Assembly: GCA_964409385.1 (NCBI GenBank)
Contig: CAYPCY010000002.1
Span: 79,941 to 143,940, forward strand
DNA: 64,000 nucleotides
From: an uncultured Methanosarcinales archaeon
GTDB taxonomy: Archaea; Nanobdellota; Nanobdellia; Woesearchaeales; CAYPCY01
Reading direction: 5' to 3'
In this document: in pieces, positions 1 to 10,116 of the stretch
Numbering within the stretch: position 1 is the stretch's first letter
How the letters are laid out: each line of letters begins with the position of its first letter
Notes under the pieces: model-generated
Databases searched by the model: none
Told to the model about the DNA's origin: nothing
The model's input: the letters and a program-made list of their open reading frames with translations, nothing else
Position numbers and translations under genes: made by a program

Positions 1-479
1 TTTCCGGATGGGTCTGATATTTCTAGGGTTAAGTTTTCTCTTCCCCATAATACTTTGGATAATTTTTTTAATTGGTTTTTTGCTTTTTTTCTTTTTGTTG
101 GATCGTCTTCTGAGTCTCTAGTGTTTTCCAGAATTTCTTTTATTCTATTTAGTAATCCTTCTATGTTGCTTACGAATCCGTCACTTGCCACGCCGGGGTC
201 TATTGTTATCATTCTAGGAATTTTTACTGTCGCTTCTGAACTTTTCACTAGTCTAACATTCAGATCTTCTTCTTTTTCTATTGTGAATGTGTACTTTGCT
301 GGTTCTTGTTTTTCATCAAGATCAACGTCTGTTTTTTTGTATTTGCATTCTTCGCAGTACATGGTTAGTATGAATGCTTTTCCAAAGTATGGTATTTCTT
401 TTTCTATTTCAGAAAGTGTCAGTCCGTTCTTGCCGCAAATATGGCAGGGTTGGCCTTTTATTATGTTGTCTTCACTCAT
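1..479 (-). CDS. ZPR1-type zinc-finger protein (start at 479, runs off the window start; C-terminally partial)
   Basis: Minus-strand ATG at 479-477, translated by hand: MSEDNIIKGQPCHICGKNGLTLSEIEKEIPYFGKAFILTMYCEECKYKKTDV...KIPRMITIDPGVASDGFVSNIEG. Two CxxC pairs followed by a ZPR1-like A domain. Not in the ORF track because no stop lies inside the window. Confidence 0.5.
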   Translation of the reverse strand, partial: MSEDNIIKGQPCHICGKNGLTLSEIEKEIPYFGKAFILTMYCEECKYKKTDVDLDEKQEPAKYTFTIEKEEDLNVRLVKSSEATVKIPRMITIDPGVASDGFVSNIEGLLNRIKEILENTRDSEDDPTKRKKAKNQLKKLSKVLWGRENLTLEISDPSG

Positions 480-511
480 ATATTGCTTCAAAAACTATGA
501 GTTTAAAAATT

Positions 512-907
512 TTATTCTTCAAGATTGTTTGTTTGTTTGCTTCTGTAAATACTTGCAAATCCTGGAGTTACTACGATGTAATCTTCTCCAAATCCTGCAA
601 TATCTCCTTCTATAGCGTCGCAAGTTTTCTTAAGTTTATTAACTGCTCTTTTTAACTCAATCAAATCTTTTTCTTTTATTGGTTTAATATTAACAAGTGC
701 TATAGTGTATCCTTCTCTTATTGATTCTAGGATTTCTTTAACATCAGAAAAGTCTTCTATTACGAATGGTCTTACTGTGATTTTGGATTCTTTATCAAAT
801 CCTGTTTCGGTGTCTAATTCTACATATTCTTCTTCTACTGGCTCATCAAAATCTTCAGAATATTCCTCTCCGAATCTATTTTTGATTTGTGAAAATAAGT
901 TTCTCAT
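512..907 (-). CDS. sepF: Cell division protein SepF homolog
   Basis: C-terminal region VRPFVIEDFSDVKEILESIREGYTIALVNIKPIKEKDLIELKRAVNKLKKTCDAIEGDIAGFGEDYIVVTP aligns block by block with the bacterial SepF core (VVLFEP..EAQEIADELK..ATVLNL..AKRIVDFLSG..YAIGGDIQKVG..IFLCTP). Confidence 0.7.
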   Translation of the reverse strand: MRNLFSQIKNRFGEEYSEDFDEPVEEEYVELDTETGFDKESKITVRPFVIEDFSDVKEILESIREGYTIALVNIKPIKEKDLIELKRAVNKLKKTCDAIEGDIAGFGEDYIVVTPGFASIYRSKQTNNLEE

Positions 908-975
908 TTATGTCCCCTCCATTAACTATACTTGTGTAGTAATTATTCCGATATTTAAAACTATCGGATTTTTCT

Positions 976-1953
976 TTATAATTTCTTCTTAAATTCTTCA
1001 ATTACTGGTACTGGGCTTGGATCAAAATTTTGTTTAAATGCTAGTAGTAATGAAGTATAATCTCCAATAAATATGCTGGTGAACATTTTTGTTAGTTTTG
1101 AAGTTCCTGACATGTTTATTTGAGTATTTTCTATTCTTTTTTTAGTTAGTAATTCTTTAGTTAGTTTTATTCTTTTTTTAATTCTTACATGATCATCATC
1201 CTTGCTTAATATTATGCAGAGTAAGTCATTATTTTTATTGTATGCTTCTAATTCATTATGGTTTAATTCTGAAAATGTGTTGTTGAAAGCGAACATTTTA
1301 CTATTTTCATTAAATTGTGTTTTCCACCTATAAGCTACAGAACTCAAGTCTGGACTTCCATAAATCAATATTATTTTATCTAATAATTTGCTTGAGAGAT
1401 CATCAGCCATTTTTTGTAGTTTTGGATTACTTAATGATTTCAGTAAGGAGGGATATTCTTTCTTTCTATCCTTAACTAATCCACTATTAACTAAGACATT
1501 TAATACTGGAAAGAATAAGTATGGAAGGGCCATTCTAGGTTGTATGTTTCCAGGAATTTTTATTAAGTGGTCATTGTTAATTTTTGAAATTTCTTCTAGT
1601 TTGCCTCCTGAAGATATTAATAGTGTTTTGCATTTTAATCTTCTGGCATGCCTGTACATGTTTATTGTTTCTTCAGTATTTCCTGAATAGCTTATTGCGA
1701 AGACTAGTGTTTTTTCATTATTGTGTTCTGGAATTTCATAGTCTTTGACTGTTTCAATATTTACTTCAGTACCAACCAGATTTTTTAGTAGGTCTCCTGG
1801 TATTCCTGAACCTCCCATTCCACAAACTAATATTTTATCGACATCCTTAACTTTGACATTGTTTCCTATGTCCATGGCTTTAGTATAATGTTCGCTTATT
1901 TTATTTAGAAATCCTAAAGAGTTTTGAGAATCTAAATGTCCGTATTCTTCCAT
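976..1953 (-). CDS. Bifunctional phosphoglucose/phosphomannose isomerase (SIS domain)
   Basis: VCGMGGSGIPGDLL ... AISYSGNTEET motifs typical of the archaeal PGI/PMI SIS-domain family. Confidence 0.7.
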   Translation of the reverse strand: MEEYGHLDSQNSLGFLNKISEHYTKAMDIGNNVKVKDVDKILVCGMGGSGIPGDLLKNLVGTEVNIETVKDYEIPEHNNEKTLVFAISYSGNTEETINMYRHARRLKCKTLLISSGGKLEEISKINNDHLIKIPGNIQPRMALPYLFFPVLNVLVNSGLVKDRKKEYPSLLKSLSNPKLQKMADDLSSKLLDKIILIYGSPDLSSVAYRWKTQFNENSKMFAFNNTFSELNHNELEAYNKNNDLLCIILSKDDDHVRIKKRIKLTKELLTKKRIENTQINMSGTSKLTKMFTSIFIGDYTSLLLAFKQNFDPSPVPVIEEFKKKL

Positions 1954-2159
1954 GGAGAATTAATAATTTCTTATCTATTTAAAGTTTATTAAACCCGGGA
2001 CATGCTCCTAAGAGCATATTCCGGGAAAAAGAGGTGAGTATTAATAGAATAAAGAGAGATAAGCTAATATTTAAACTTTACTAGTTTTTACTATTATATA
2101 ATAGTTAAAAATTAAATATTTAGAAAATAATTAAAAGCTTTAAACAATTTCATAATATT

Positions 2160-2657
2160 ATGAACTGTTCATCCTGTAAGAAAAAGAGAGAATTAAAAAA
2201 ACTAAGTTATACTGAAAGGAAGTATTGTACTTCTTGCTTAGTTTCATTACTTGAAAGAAGAATAAAAAAATTATTTAGAGAAAAAGAAATTCCTAAACTA
2301 ACAATAAAAAAAGAAGATAGTTTAGAGTTTGACTTTGCACTATTCTTCCTAAAAAAATTATTTCCTAGAGAAGAAATAAAACTTGCTAATACTGGAGTAA
2401 AACCTTCTAGTTTGGATGAACAAGCATTTCTTCTTCTAGACTCCTTCATTAATAATAAAAATTTAAAAAAACAATCTTACTTTCCAGAAAACATACTAAT
2501 TGAAGAGATGGAATTGTTAAGAGATTACATAAAAAGCAAGAACAAACCTAAATTCAAAAACAATAAACTGCTAAATGAATTAAAAAAGAATTATCCTGAT
2601 GTTTTATTCTCAATTTTTCAGAGTAAATTATTTCTTGAGACCAAAAGCTTTTTATGA
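2160..2657 (+). CDS. Hypothetical protein with N-terminal C4 zinc ribbon
   Basis: CSSC...CTSC near the N-terminus; A-ending codon usage; no recognisable catalytic motif. Confidence 0.4.
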   Translation: MNCSSCKKKRELKKLSYTERKYCTSCLVSLLERRIKKLFREKEIPKLTIKKEDSLEFDFALFFLKKLFPREEIKLANTGVKPSSLDEQAFLLLDSFINNKNLKKQSYFPENILIEEMELLRDYIKSKNKPKFKNNKLLNELKKNYPDVLFSIFQSKLFLETKSFL

Positions 2658-2678
2658 TACTAATTTCTTCACACAATC

Positions 2679-3632
2679 ATGAACACTAAAAATTTAGAGA
2701 ATCTTGTTATTATAGGCTCTGGTCCTGCAGGTTGGACTGCAGCGATTTATGCTTCAAGAGCAGACTTGGATCCTTTAGTTATTGAAGGAGTAGAAGTTGG
2801 TGGTCAGTTAATGCTAACAACTTTAGTTGAGAATTATCCAGGCTTCAAAAAAGGAATTCAAGGTCCTGAATTAATGGATGAGATGAGATTACAAGCTAAA
2901 AATTTGGGTGTTAGAATAATAACCTCAAATGTTACTAATTTAGAAAAAGAAGGAAAACACTTCAAAATAGTATATTCTGAAAAAACAATTCTTGCAAAAT
3001 CAGTTATTATAACTACTGGAGCTTCTGCAAGGTGGTTGAATATTCCATCAGAAAAGAAATTTAAGGGAAGGGGAGTTTCAACATGTGCAACTTGTGATGG
3101 TTATTTCTTCAAAGGAAAAACTGTAGCTATTATAGGAGGCGGAGATTCTGCAATGGAAGAAGCACAATTTTTAGCCAAGATTTGTAAATCTGTAAAAATA
3201 ATTCATAGAAAACATTGTTTGAGAGCTTCAGAAGCAATGCAAAAAAAGGTTAAAATTCTCAAAAATGTAGAGTTTATATGGAATTCGGAAATTAAAGAAT
3301 TTTTAGGAGATAATATATTGACAGAAATTAAAGTTTTCAACAGCAAAACGAATAAAGAATCAGAAATTAAGGTTGATGGAGTCTTCCTTGCTATAGGACA
3401 TATTCCAAATGTTAATTTCATAAAGAAAGGATTAGTAGAACTAGACAAAATGAACTATATAATTACAGAAAACACCAAAACAAAAACTCCAGGATTATTT
3501 GCAGCAGGAGATGTTCAAGATTTCAAGTATAGACAAGCAGTTACTGCTGCAGGCACTGGTTGTATGGCCGCTTTAGAAGCAAATGCTTTTTTAGAAGGGC
3601 ATGTTTACGATAAAAAATTAAAAGAATGTTAG
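2679..3632 (+). CDS. trxB: Thioredoxin-disulfide reductase
   Basis: GSGPAGWTAAIYASRA (FAD site), redox-active CATCDG, GGGDSAMEEA (NADPH site), AAGDV. Confidence 0.85.
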   Translation: MNTKNLENLVIIGSGPAGWTAAIYASRADLDPLVIEGVEVGGQLMLTTLVENYPGFKKGIQGPELMDEMRLQAKNLGVRIITSNVTNLEKEGKHFKIVYSEKTILAKSVIITTGASARWLNIPSEKKFKGRGVSTCATCDGYFFKGKTVAIIGGGDSAMEEAQFLAKICKSVKIIHRKHCLRASEAMQKKVKILKNVEFIWNSEIKEFLGDNILTEIKVFNSKTNKESEIKVDGVFLAIGHIPNVNFIKKGLVELDKMNYIITENTKTKTPGLFAAGDVQDFKYRQAVTAAGTGCMAALEANAFLEGHVYDKKLKEC

Positions 3633-4348
3633 AAGGTAAAATTGCAATAGTTACGGGAGCTTCATCTGGTATTGGAAATGCTATTACTGAAGCTTTAGCT
3701 AAAGAAAAAGCGATTGTTGTAATGGCTGCCAGGAGTATTGATAAGATGAACTCCCAAGCCACAAACCTTAAAGAAAAATACGGTTCTGTTGTTGATGCTG
3801 TTAAGACGGATCTTACTAATGAGGAAGATATTAAGAATTTGTTTAAATACACCATTAAGAATTATGGAATTCCTAAAATTCTAGTAAATTCAGCAGGAGT
3901 TTTTACCTACAAAAGTTTAAAAGAAACAACCATGGAAGAACATAATAAGATTTTCCAATTAAATTATACTTCTGTCGTTCAAACAATAAAATGTGCTTTA
4001 GAAAGTATGAGTGAAGGAGTTATTATTAATATTTCTTCACAAGCGGGACTAGAAGGTTTTGATAATGAAACCGCATATTGCGCTTCAAAATTTGCATTGA
4101 ATGGATTCTCTCAATCTTTAGATAAAGAATTAGAAAATATTAGAGTTTATGCATTATGTCCTGGACTGGTTGACACTCCATTAGCTAGAAAGTCAAAGCT
4201 TCCTGAAATTCTTGGAATAAGTACTGAGGATGATTGGAAGAAACAATTGCAAGTTAGTGAAGTTTCTAATAAAACTTTAGAAATAATAAGTAATTACAAG
4301 ATATATTCCGATAATGCAATAATTCCGTTAAGTTCTGAAAGAGTTTGA
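3626..4348 (+). CDS. Short-chain dehydrogenase/reductase (SDR)
   Basis: KIAIVTGASSGIGNAI Rossmann motif; catalytic YCASKFAL (YxxxK) motif. Confidence 0.8.
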   Translation: MLEGKIAIVTGASSGIGNAITEALAKEKAIVVMAARSIDKMNSQATNLKEKYGSVVDAVKTDLTNEEDIKNLFKYTIKNYGIPKILVNSAGVFTYKSLKETTMEEHNKIFQLNYTSVVQTIKCALESMSEGVIINISSQAGLEGFDNETAYCASKFALNGFSQSLDKELENIRVYALCPGLVDTPLARKSKLPEILGISTEDDWKKQLQVSEVSNKTLEIISNYKIYSDNAIIPLSSERV

Positions 4349-4413
4349 TTTTTCTGAAAATTATTATTATTTAATGAAAGAACTATTTTATTAATTAAAA
4401 TTATTAACAAATT

Positions 4414-5244
4414 ATGAAATTAATATTCTTAATAATCCTCTTAACAGCATGTTCTATTCCTTCAGAAGAAGGTTCTATAGAGGTTGAATTCTGTCCTGGA
4501 TGTTATAATACCTTCATTAGTTTAATTAACAATTCTGAAAATATTTCTTGTGCTTTTTATGAAGTAGATAAGAAGATTATTTCCTTACTCGAAGAAAAGA
4601 AAGCTAACATATTCTTACATAATAAGACTTGGGGCCTGATGCACAACAAATATTGTGTTTTAAACAAAAAAACAGTAATTACAGGAAGTTTAAACCCTAC
4701 AAATAATGGCTTCACCAAAAACAGGAATAATATTGTAATAATAAATTCTTCAATACTAGCAAATAATTATTTATCAAAATTTAATAATTTAAAGTATGGA
4801 AGTAAAACTAAAATAATACACAAATTTAAGCTTTCAGGAATAATAATAGAAAATTATTTTTGCCCTGAAGATTCTTGCGAGGAGAAAGTAATTAATATTT
4901 TAGAGAAAGAAAAAAACATTAAATTTATGTTATTCACAATCACTTCAGATAGTATTGGAAATTTATTAAAAGAAAGAAACGCCTCAGGAATTATAGATCC
5001 TTTACAAAAGAACATTAAAGGTTCTGAATATAAAAAATTAAACACTGAAGTTTACAATTGCAAAGGAAAATTACATCATAAAGTTTTCTTTACCGATAAT
5101 ATTGTAATTACCGGAAGTTACAATCCTACAAATGCAGGAAACACAATTAATGATGAGAATATAATAATAATTCACAATAAAAAAATAGTAAACAAATTCA
5201 AGAAAGAATTCTCACTCCTTCAACATTGCACTTTCTCTGATTAG
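4414..5244 (+). CDS. Secreted/lipoprotein phospholipase-D-family (Nuc-like) nuclease with two HKD motifs
   Basis: N-terminal signal peptide with lipobox LLTAC|S. Two HxK(x4)D(x6)G motifs: MHNKYCVLNKKTVITGSLNPT and LHHKVFFTDNIVITGSYNPT. Confidence 0.7.
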   Translation: MKLIFLIILLTACSIPSEEGSIEVEFCPGCYNTFISLINNSENISCAFYEVDKKIISLLEEKKANIFLHNKTWGLMHNKYCVLNKKTVITGSLNPTNNGFTKNRNNIVIINSSILANNYLSKFNNLKYGSKTKIIHKFKLSGIIIENYFCPEDSCEEKVINILEKEKNIKFMLFTITSDSIGNLLKERNASGIIDPLQKNIKGSEYKKLNTEVYNCKGKLHHKVFFTDNIVITGSYNPTNAGNTINDENIIIIHNKKIVNKFKKEFSLLQHCTFSD

Positions 5245-5592
5245 CAATCTAGGAATATTATTTTTAATAATATTTATTCTTTTTTCGGTTAGTTTCGATT
5301 CTAAAAATTCTTCTCTTTCAAGCCTTCTAATGAGTGTCTCCAATAATCTAATATCTTCAACTTCTTCTCTTTGAAGGTCAACAAGTTTTGACTTTCCAGT
5401 TTTTTTTATGAGATTAGATTTTTTATTTTCTACCTTTCTAATTATTCTTAATCCATTGATTATTTTAGCATATAATTTTTCATCAGCACTACCATGTCTT
5501 TTTACATCTTCAAGTATATCAATAAATCTAGAAATACTTTCAAATGCTGAGATAATACCTTCGATTAATTCTTCTATTCTTTTGTAAATCAT
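5212..5592 (-). CDS. Hypothetical protein
   Basis: 126-aa ORF co-oriented and 4-bp overlapping with the upstream membrane-protein gene; no recognisable motif. Confidence 0.35.
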   Translation of the reverse strand: MIYKRIEELIEGIISAFESISRFIDILEDVKRHGSADEKLYAKIINGLRIIRKVENKKSNLIKKTGKSKLVDLQREEVEDIRLLETLIRRLEREEFLESKLTEKRINIIKNNIPRLLIRESAMLKE

Positions 5593-6200
5593 TCGCTCTT
5601 ACCTATCAAGTCTGCAGTACAAGCTCCCAAGACTGCAAGTATACTAATTGCAGCAACGCTTTTATATATTTCTTCAAACTGAGTTTCTAAATTTGCAAAT
5701 CCGAATAAAAATAAGACAAATACAACAACTGATAAGGCAGTAATATAAACAGTTAATATCCTTAAAGGAATAAACTTTAATGATTTGCTCTCTTTAATTT
5801 CTCTATAGCCACTATAGTAAATAAACATACTTCCAATAAGAAAAGAAACCAAGTAAAGTAATGAAGCTCTCATCATAGAAATTTCATGAGCTATCTTAAT
5901 ACCATAAAAGAAAGCAAAATGACCCATTATTCCAATAAACGCACCTATAATACTCTTACTAATATCTCGTAATGTGACTCTTTTCAAAGGACTAGATTTT
6001 AATTCTTTCTTAATATCCTTTTCTAAATTTTTTAATTCTTCAAGATCCTCTAATTCTTCCTTTTCAGCCTTCAAAAGTTTCTGATCTGAAGCCAAATCTT
6101 TCTCTTCTGCATCTTGAAGAATTTTTTGATTTTTCAAGACTTTTTGCTGATTCTTAAGAATTTTCTTATTAAGAGTTATTATTTCGTCTAACTTACTCAT
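5589..6200 (-). CDS. Membrane protein with N-terminal coiled coil (DUF2391-like)
   Basis: Charged coiled-coil N-terminus followed by about four TM helices. Confidence 0.5.
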   Translation of the reverse strand: MSKLDEIITLNKKILKNQQKVLKNQKILQDAEEKDLASDQKLLKAEKEELEDLEELKNLEKDIKKELKSSPLKRVTLRDISKSIIGAFIGIMGHFAFFYGIKIAHEISMMRASLLYLVSFLIGSMFIYYSGYREIKESKSLKFIPLRILTVYITALSVVVFVLFLFGFANLETQFEEIYKSVAAISILAVLGACTADLIGKSE

Positions 6201-6235
6201 TCAACAATTAGAACTGGTTTAGGATTTAAATCTTT

Positions 6236-7258
6236 CTACTGGTTATTATATGCTTCTACTTCTTCATATAATACAGTAAGTTTAATCCCTGCTTGCTTCA
6301 ATAATTTTCTGCTTTCTTGAGCCGCATGATATTGTTTTTCACAAATAACTTCCGTAATTCCAGAATTTATAATCATTTTAGCACAGGCTGGGCAAGGTTC
6401 CATTTTTACATAGATGGATGATCCATCAATACAAATACCATGTTTTGAAGCTTGAACTATTGCATTCTGTTCCGCATGTGTTGTTCTAACACAATGTTTC
6501 CTTTCTACACCGTCAGAATGAATTGTTGATTCCATTTGATGACCTGCCTCGTCACAATGTGGTAAATGTGTCGGCGCTCCAGCATATCCTGTAGATAATA
6601 TTCTTTTATCTTTTACTATAACACAACCTGCCTTACCCCTATTACAAGTTCCTCTAGATCCTACCGATTTCATTATTGAAATGAAATATTCTTCCCAAGA
6701 GGGTCTTAATTTAAATTTTAAGTCTTTCAAGACTTTATCAACCTTATTATGTACTTTTTTTAATGAAGAATCATTTATTACTACTATATTAGCTGCTTTC
6801 TTAATCTTATTATGTGCCCTAAAATGACTTCCTCCCCCCTTACTTTCTAATTCTTCCATTATTTTGAATTCTTCAAAAGTTTTAGGATCTTTTTCTCTGT
6901 TTCTAGCAAGTAACCTTTCAAATCTTAATGTTTGAGGGGCATCTACAAATACTAAATTAAAATCTTCTCTTTGTTTAAGAACTTCAACTTCTCCTTCAGT
7001 ACCTATTGAGCTAATAATATAATTTTGATTCTGATCTAATTTTATTAATGTCTTCCAAGCTAGAATTCCAGGACCATACTCTGTTCTTAACTCATTTCCT
7101 AAGATTTGTAAATTCTTCCTTGTAATTTCTTTATTTTCTTTCCCTAAATCTTCCCTAAGAATATTAGATAGTGAATAGTGAATGAATCCTTTTCCTTGCA
7201 AATAATTTGCAACAGTGTCTTTTCCAGAAGCATAGCTTCCCCCCAAGCCTATAATCAT
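6236..7258 (-). CDS. Fusion protein: T4-type dNMP kinase-like N-domain + dCMP deaminase C-domain
   Basis: N-terminus: GLGGSYASGKDT P-loop and IVVINDSSLKKVHNKV, resembling phage T4 gp1 dNMP kinase (SGVKRSGKDT...LVITNDGSLEEL). C-terminus: HAEQNAI...PCPACAKMI cytidine/dCMP deaminase zinc-binding signature. Confidence 0.7.
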   Translation of the reverse strand: MIIGLGGSYASGKDTVANYLQGKGFIHYSLSNILREDLGKENKEITRKNLQILGNELRTEYGPGILAWKTLIKLDQNQNYIISSIGTEGEVEVLKQREDFNLVFVDAPQTLRFERLLARNREKDPKTFEEFKIMEELESKGGGSHFRAHNKIKKAANIVVINDSSLKKVHNKVDKVLKDLKFKLRPSWEEYFISIMKSVGSRGTCNRGKAGCVIVKDKRILSTGYAGAPTHLPHCDEAGHQMESTIHSDGVERKHCVRTTHAEQNAIVQASKHGICIDGSSIYVKMEPCPACAKMIINSGITEVICEKQYHAAQESRKLLKQAGIKLTVLYEEVEAYNNQ

Positions 7259-7366
7259 ATATTTTCTATATTTAACATTCTTTAAATCATTTACTATTCT
7301 AAAATGAAAAGTTTCCGGAGTAAACTTTATAAACGATACAAAATTCAGTTTTTTTGGTGATATATT

Positions 7367-7774
7367 ATGTCAGTAATTGGTTTTAACATAGCAAAGATTG
7401 ATGCGGAAAAAAAGAATTCTCCGAAAGGAAAAGTTAATGTGGAAAGTAATGTTGCCATAAAAAAAGTTGAAGTTTCTGATGTTTCGTTAGGAAAGGATGA
7501 TGAGAAAGTATTAGATTTTAATTTTGAATTTAAAACTAATTATTCTCCTGACGTAGGCCATATTCTTATTGCAGGAAATTTACTGTTTTTAACAAAGAGT
7601 GAAGAAGCTACTAAAATAGCTGATGAATGGAATAAAACTAAAAAATTAGAGAAGGATGTCATGAGACCAATCTTTAATACAGTTCTTGCAAGAGGAAATA
7701 TTCAAGCTATGATTATTAGTAAGGATTTAAACCTTCCAGCACCTATTCAGCTACCTAGAATGAAGGATAATTAA
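7367..7774 (+). CDS. Hypothetical protein upstream of CDC48
   Basis: 135-aa ORF, co-oriented, 30 bp upstream of cdc48; no motif recognised. Confidence 0.4.
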   Translation: MSVIGFNIAKIDAEKKNSPKGKVNVESNVAIKKVEVSDVSLGKDDEKVLDFNFEFKTNYSPDVGHILIAGNLLFLTKSEEATKIADEWNKTKKLEKDVMRPIFNTVLARGNIQAMIISKDLNLPAPIQLPRMKDN

Positions 7775-7808
7775 GTTTATAAATATAATTTCTTTCTTTT
7801 TTTTGAAA

Positions 7809-10085
7809 ATGACAGAAGAAGTAAAGCTTAAAGTTGCAGAAGCAATCCAGGATGATGTCAATAAAGGTATTGTTAGGATTGACTCTTCATACATGCACAA
7901 GATAGGTTTGAGACCTGGAGATATTGTAGAAATTGCAGGGCAGAGATCTACAGTTGCTATTGCGGATCGTTCCTACCCAGGAGATATAGGACTTGATATT
8001 ATAAGAATGGATGGTCTTGTAAGAAGAAATGCAAAGGCAGGAATTGGCGAAATAATTTCTATTCGTAAGGTTGAAGTTCACAAAGCAAAAAAAGTAATTA
8101 TAGCACCTGCAAGAAAGGGAATAATGATAAGGGCAAATCCTGAAATTTTTAAGAATGGATTGTTAGGAAGGGCTGTTAAAAAAGGAGATTTAGTATCATT
8201 AGGAGGTGCTAGAAGAAGAAAATCTTCAATGTCAGCAAATCCTTTATTCGAAGAATTCTTTTCAACCCTAGACGAAAACATGCTTAATTTTGGATTGGGA
8301 GACTTAAAATTTGTCATACTTAATGCCACACCAAAAGATGTTGTTATTATTACTGAAGAAACTCAAGTAGAATTCAAGCCTGAAGCTGTTGATTTGAAAG
8401 AAGAAGTAATTTCTGAAGTTGTTTATGAAGACATTGGCGGTTTGGATGAAGAAATAAAGAAAGTTAGAGAACTTGTTGAATTACCTCTAAAACATCCTGA
8501 AGTTTTTGAAAGGTTAGGTATTGAACCACCTAAGGGAATTTTACTTCATGGTCCTCCAGGGACTGGTAAAACATTATTGGCAAAGGCAGTAGCTAGTGAG
8601 ACAAATTCACATTTTATATTAATTAATGGTCCTGAAATAATGAGTAAGTATTATGGACAGAGTGAAGAAAATTTAAGAAAAAAGTTTGAAGAGGCTGAAG
8701 AAAACTCTCCAAGTATTATTTTCATTGATGAAATAGACGCTATAGCTTCCAAGAGGGAAGAAGCTCGTGGTGAAGTGGAAAGAAGAGTTGTTGCACAACT
8801 TCTTTCCTTAATGGACGGTCTTACATCAAGAGGGAAAGTTGTTGTTATTGCAGCCACTAATATTCCAAATTCTTTAGATCCTGCATTAAGAAGGCCTGGA
8901 AGGTTTGACAGGGAGTTAGAGATTGGAGTTCCTTCAAAGAAAGGAAGAGAAGTTATATTGAAAATTCATACTAGGAATATGCCATTAACTAAATCAATTA
9001 ATTTATCAAAGATTGCAGAGATAACTCATGGTTTTGTAGGCGCTGATTTATCCTCTCTAGCTAAAGAAGCAGCAATGATTGTTTTACGAAGATTACTTCC
9101 TGAAATGAGTCTTGATAAGGAAGAACAAATTCCTCAAGAAGTTCTCGAAAAGATCATTATTAGTCAAAAAGATTTTCTTGATGCTTTAAAGTTTGTAAGA
9201 CCTTCTGCAATGAGAGAAGTTCTAATCGAAATCCCAAATATTAAATGGAAAGATATTGGAGGTTTGAAAGAGGCTAAACAAGAATTAATTGAAGCTGTAG
9301 AATGGCCTTTGAAAAATGCATCTTCATTCAAAAATTTAGGGGTTAAACCACCTAAAGGAGTTTTATTATATGGTCCTCCTGGGACTGGTAAAACCTTATT
9401 GGCAAAGGCAGTAGCTAACGAGTCAGAAGCTAATTTCATTCTTGTAAAAGGTCCTGAACTACTTAGTAAATGGATGGGCGAGTCAGAAAAGGCAGTTAGG
9501 AAAATTTTTGAAAAAGCAAGACAAACAGCCCCAACAATTATCTTCTTTGACGAAATAGATAGTTTAGCACCTAATAGAAGTGCAGGAGATGATAATAAAG
9601 TTACTGAAAGGGTCGTTAATCAACTACTTACCGAGATTGACGGAATGCAAGATTTAGAGAATATTGTTATTATTGGCGCCACTAATAGACCAGACATTAT
9701 GGATACTGCATTATTAAGACCTGGAAGGTTTGATAGAATTTTATTAATTGGTTCTCCTGATATAAAAGCAAGAGAAGAAATTTTAAAGGTTCACACTAAA
9801 GAAATGCCTTTGGACAAGGATGTTTCGATTAATGAACTTGCAAAATCTTCAGAAGGTTATGCTGGTGCAGATATTGAATCAATATGTAGAGAGGCAGCTA
9901 TTAACTCATTAAGGGAAGATATGAAAGCTAAAAATGTTAAAATGAAACATTTTAAAGCTGCATTAAAAAAAGTAAATCCTTCATTAACTAAAGAGATTAT
10001 TGATGCTTATGCTGAATTACAAAATAAGTTTTCTCAAGCTAAAGCTAGAGAATTACAGCTTAACAAACCAAGTTATTTCGGTTAG
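7809..10085 (+). CDS. cdc48: AAA+ ATPase CDC48/VCP
   Basis: Two AAA modules, each with Walker A GPPGTGKT, Walker B DEID and second region of homology. The track starts at TTG 7803; ATG at 7809 is preferred. Confidence 0.9.
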   Translation: MTEEVKLKVAEAIQDDVNKGIVRIDSSYMHKIGLRPGDIVEIAGQRSTVAIADRSYPGDIGLDIIRMDGLVRRNAKAGIGEIISIRKVEVHKAKKVIIAPARKGIMIRANPEIFKNGLLGRAVKKGDLVSLGGARRRKSSMSANPLFEEFFSTLDENMLNFGLGDLKFVILNATPKDVVIITEETQVEFKPEAVDLKEEVISEVVYEDIGGLDEEIKKVRELVELPLKHPEVFERLGIEPPKGILLHGPPGTGKTLLAKAVASETNSHFILINGPEIMSKYYGQSEENLRKKFEEAEENSPSIIFIDEIDAIASKREEARGEVERRVVAQLLSLMDGLTSRGKVVVIAATNIPNSLDPALRRPGRFDRELEIGVPSKKGREVILKIHTRNMPLTKSINLSKIAEITHGFVGADLSSLAKEAAMIVLRRLLPEMSLDKEEQIPQEVLEKIIISQKDFLDALKFVRPSAMREVLIEIPNIKWKDIGGLKEAKQELIEAVEWPLKNASSFKNLGVKPPKGVLLYGPPGTGKTLLAKAVANESEANFILVKGPELLSKWMGESEKAVRKIFEKARQTAPTIIFFDEIDSLAPNRSAGDDNKVTERVVNQLLTEIDGMQDLENIVIIGATNRPDIMDTALLRPGRFDRILLIGSPDIKAREEILKVHTKEMPLDKDVSINELAKSSEGYAGADIESICREAAINSLREDMKAKNVKMKHFKAALKKVNPSLTKEIIDAYAELQNKFSQAKARELQLNKPSYFG

Positions 10086-10116
10086 ATTTAAATAATACTT
10101 TTGTGTTTTTTATAAT

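Noticed and set aside
55-655. Plus-strand ORFs 55-615 and 374-655 from the track
   Set aside because: Low-complexity translations (FFAFFLFVG...). They lie antisense to the well-supported minus-strand ZPR1 and SepF genes and are shadow ORFs.
7803-7808. TTG start for CDC48 as given by the ORF track
   Set aside because: An in-frame ATG two codons downstream (7809) gives the conserved MTEEVK N-terminus. The exact start is uncertain by 6 nt.
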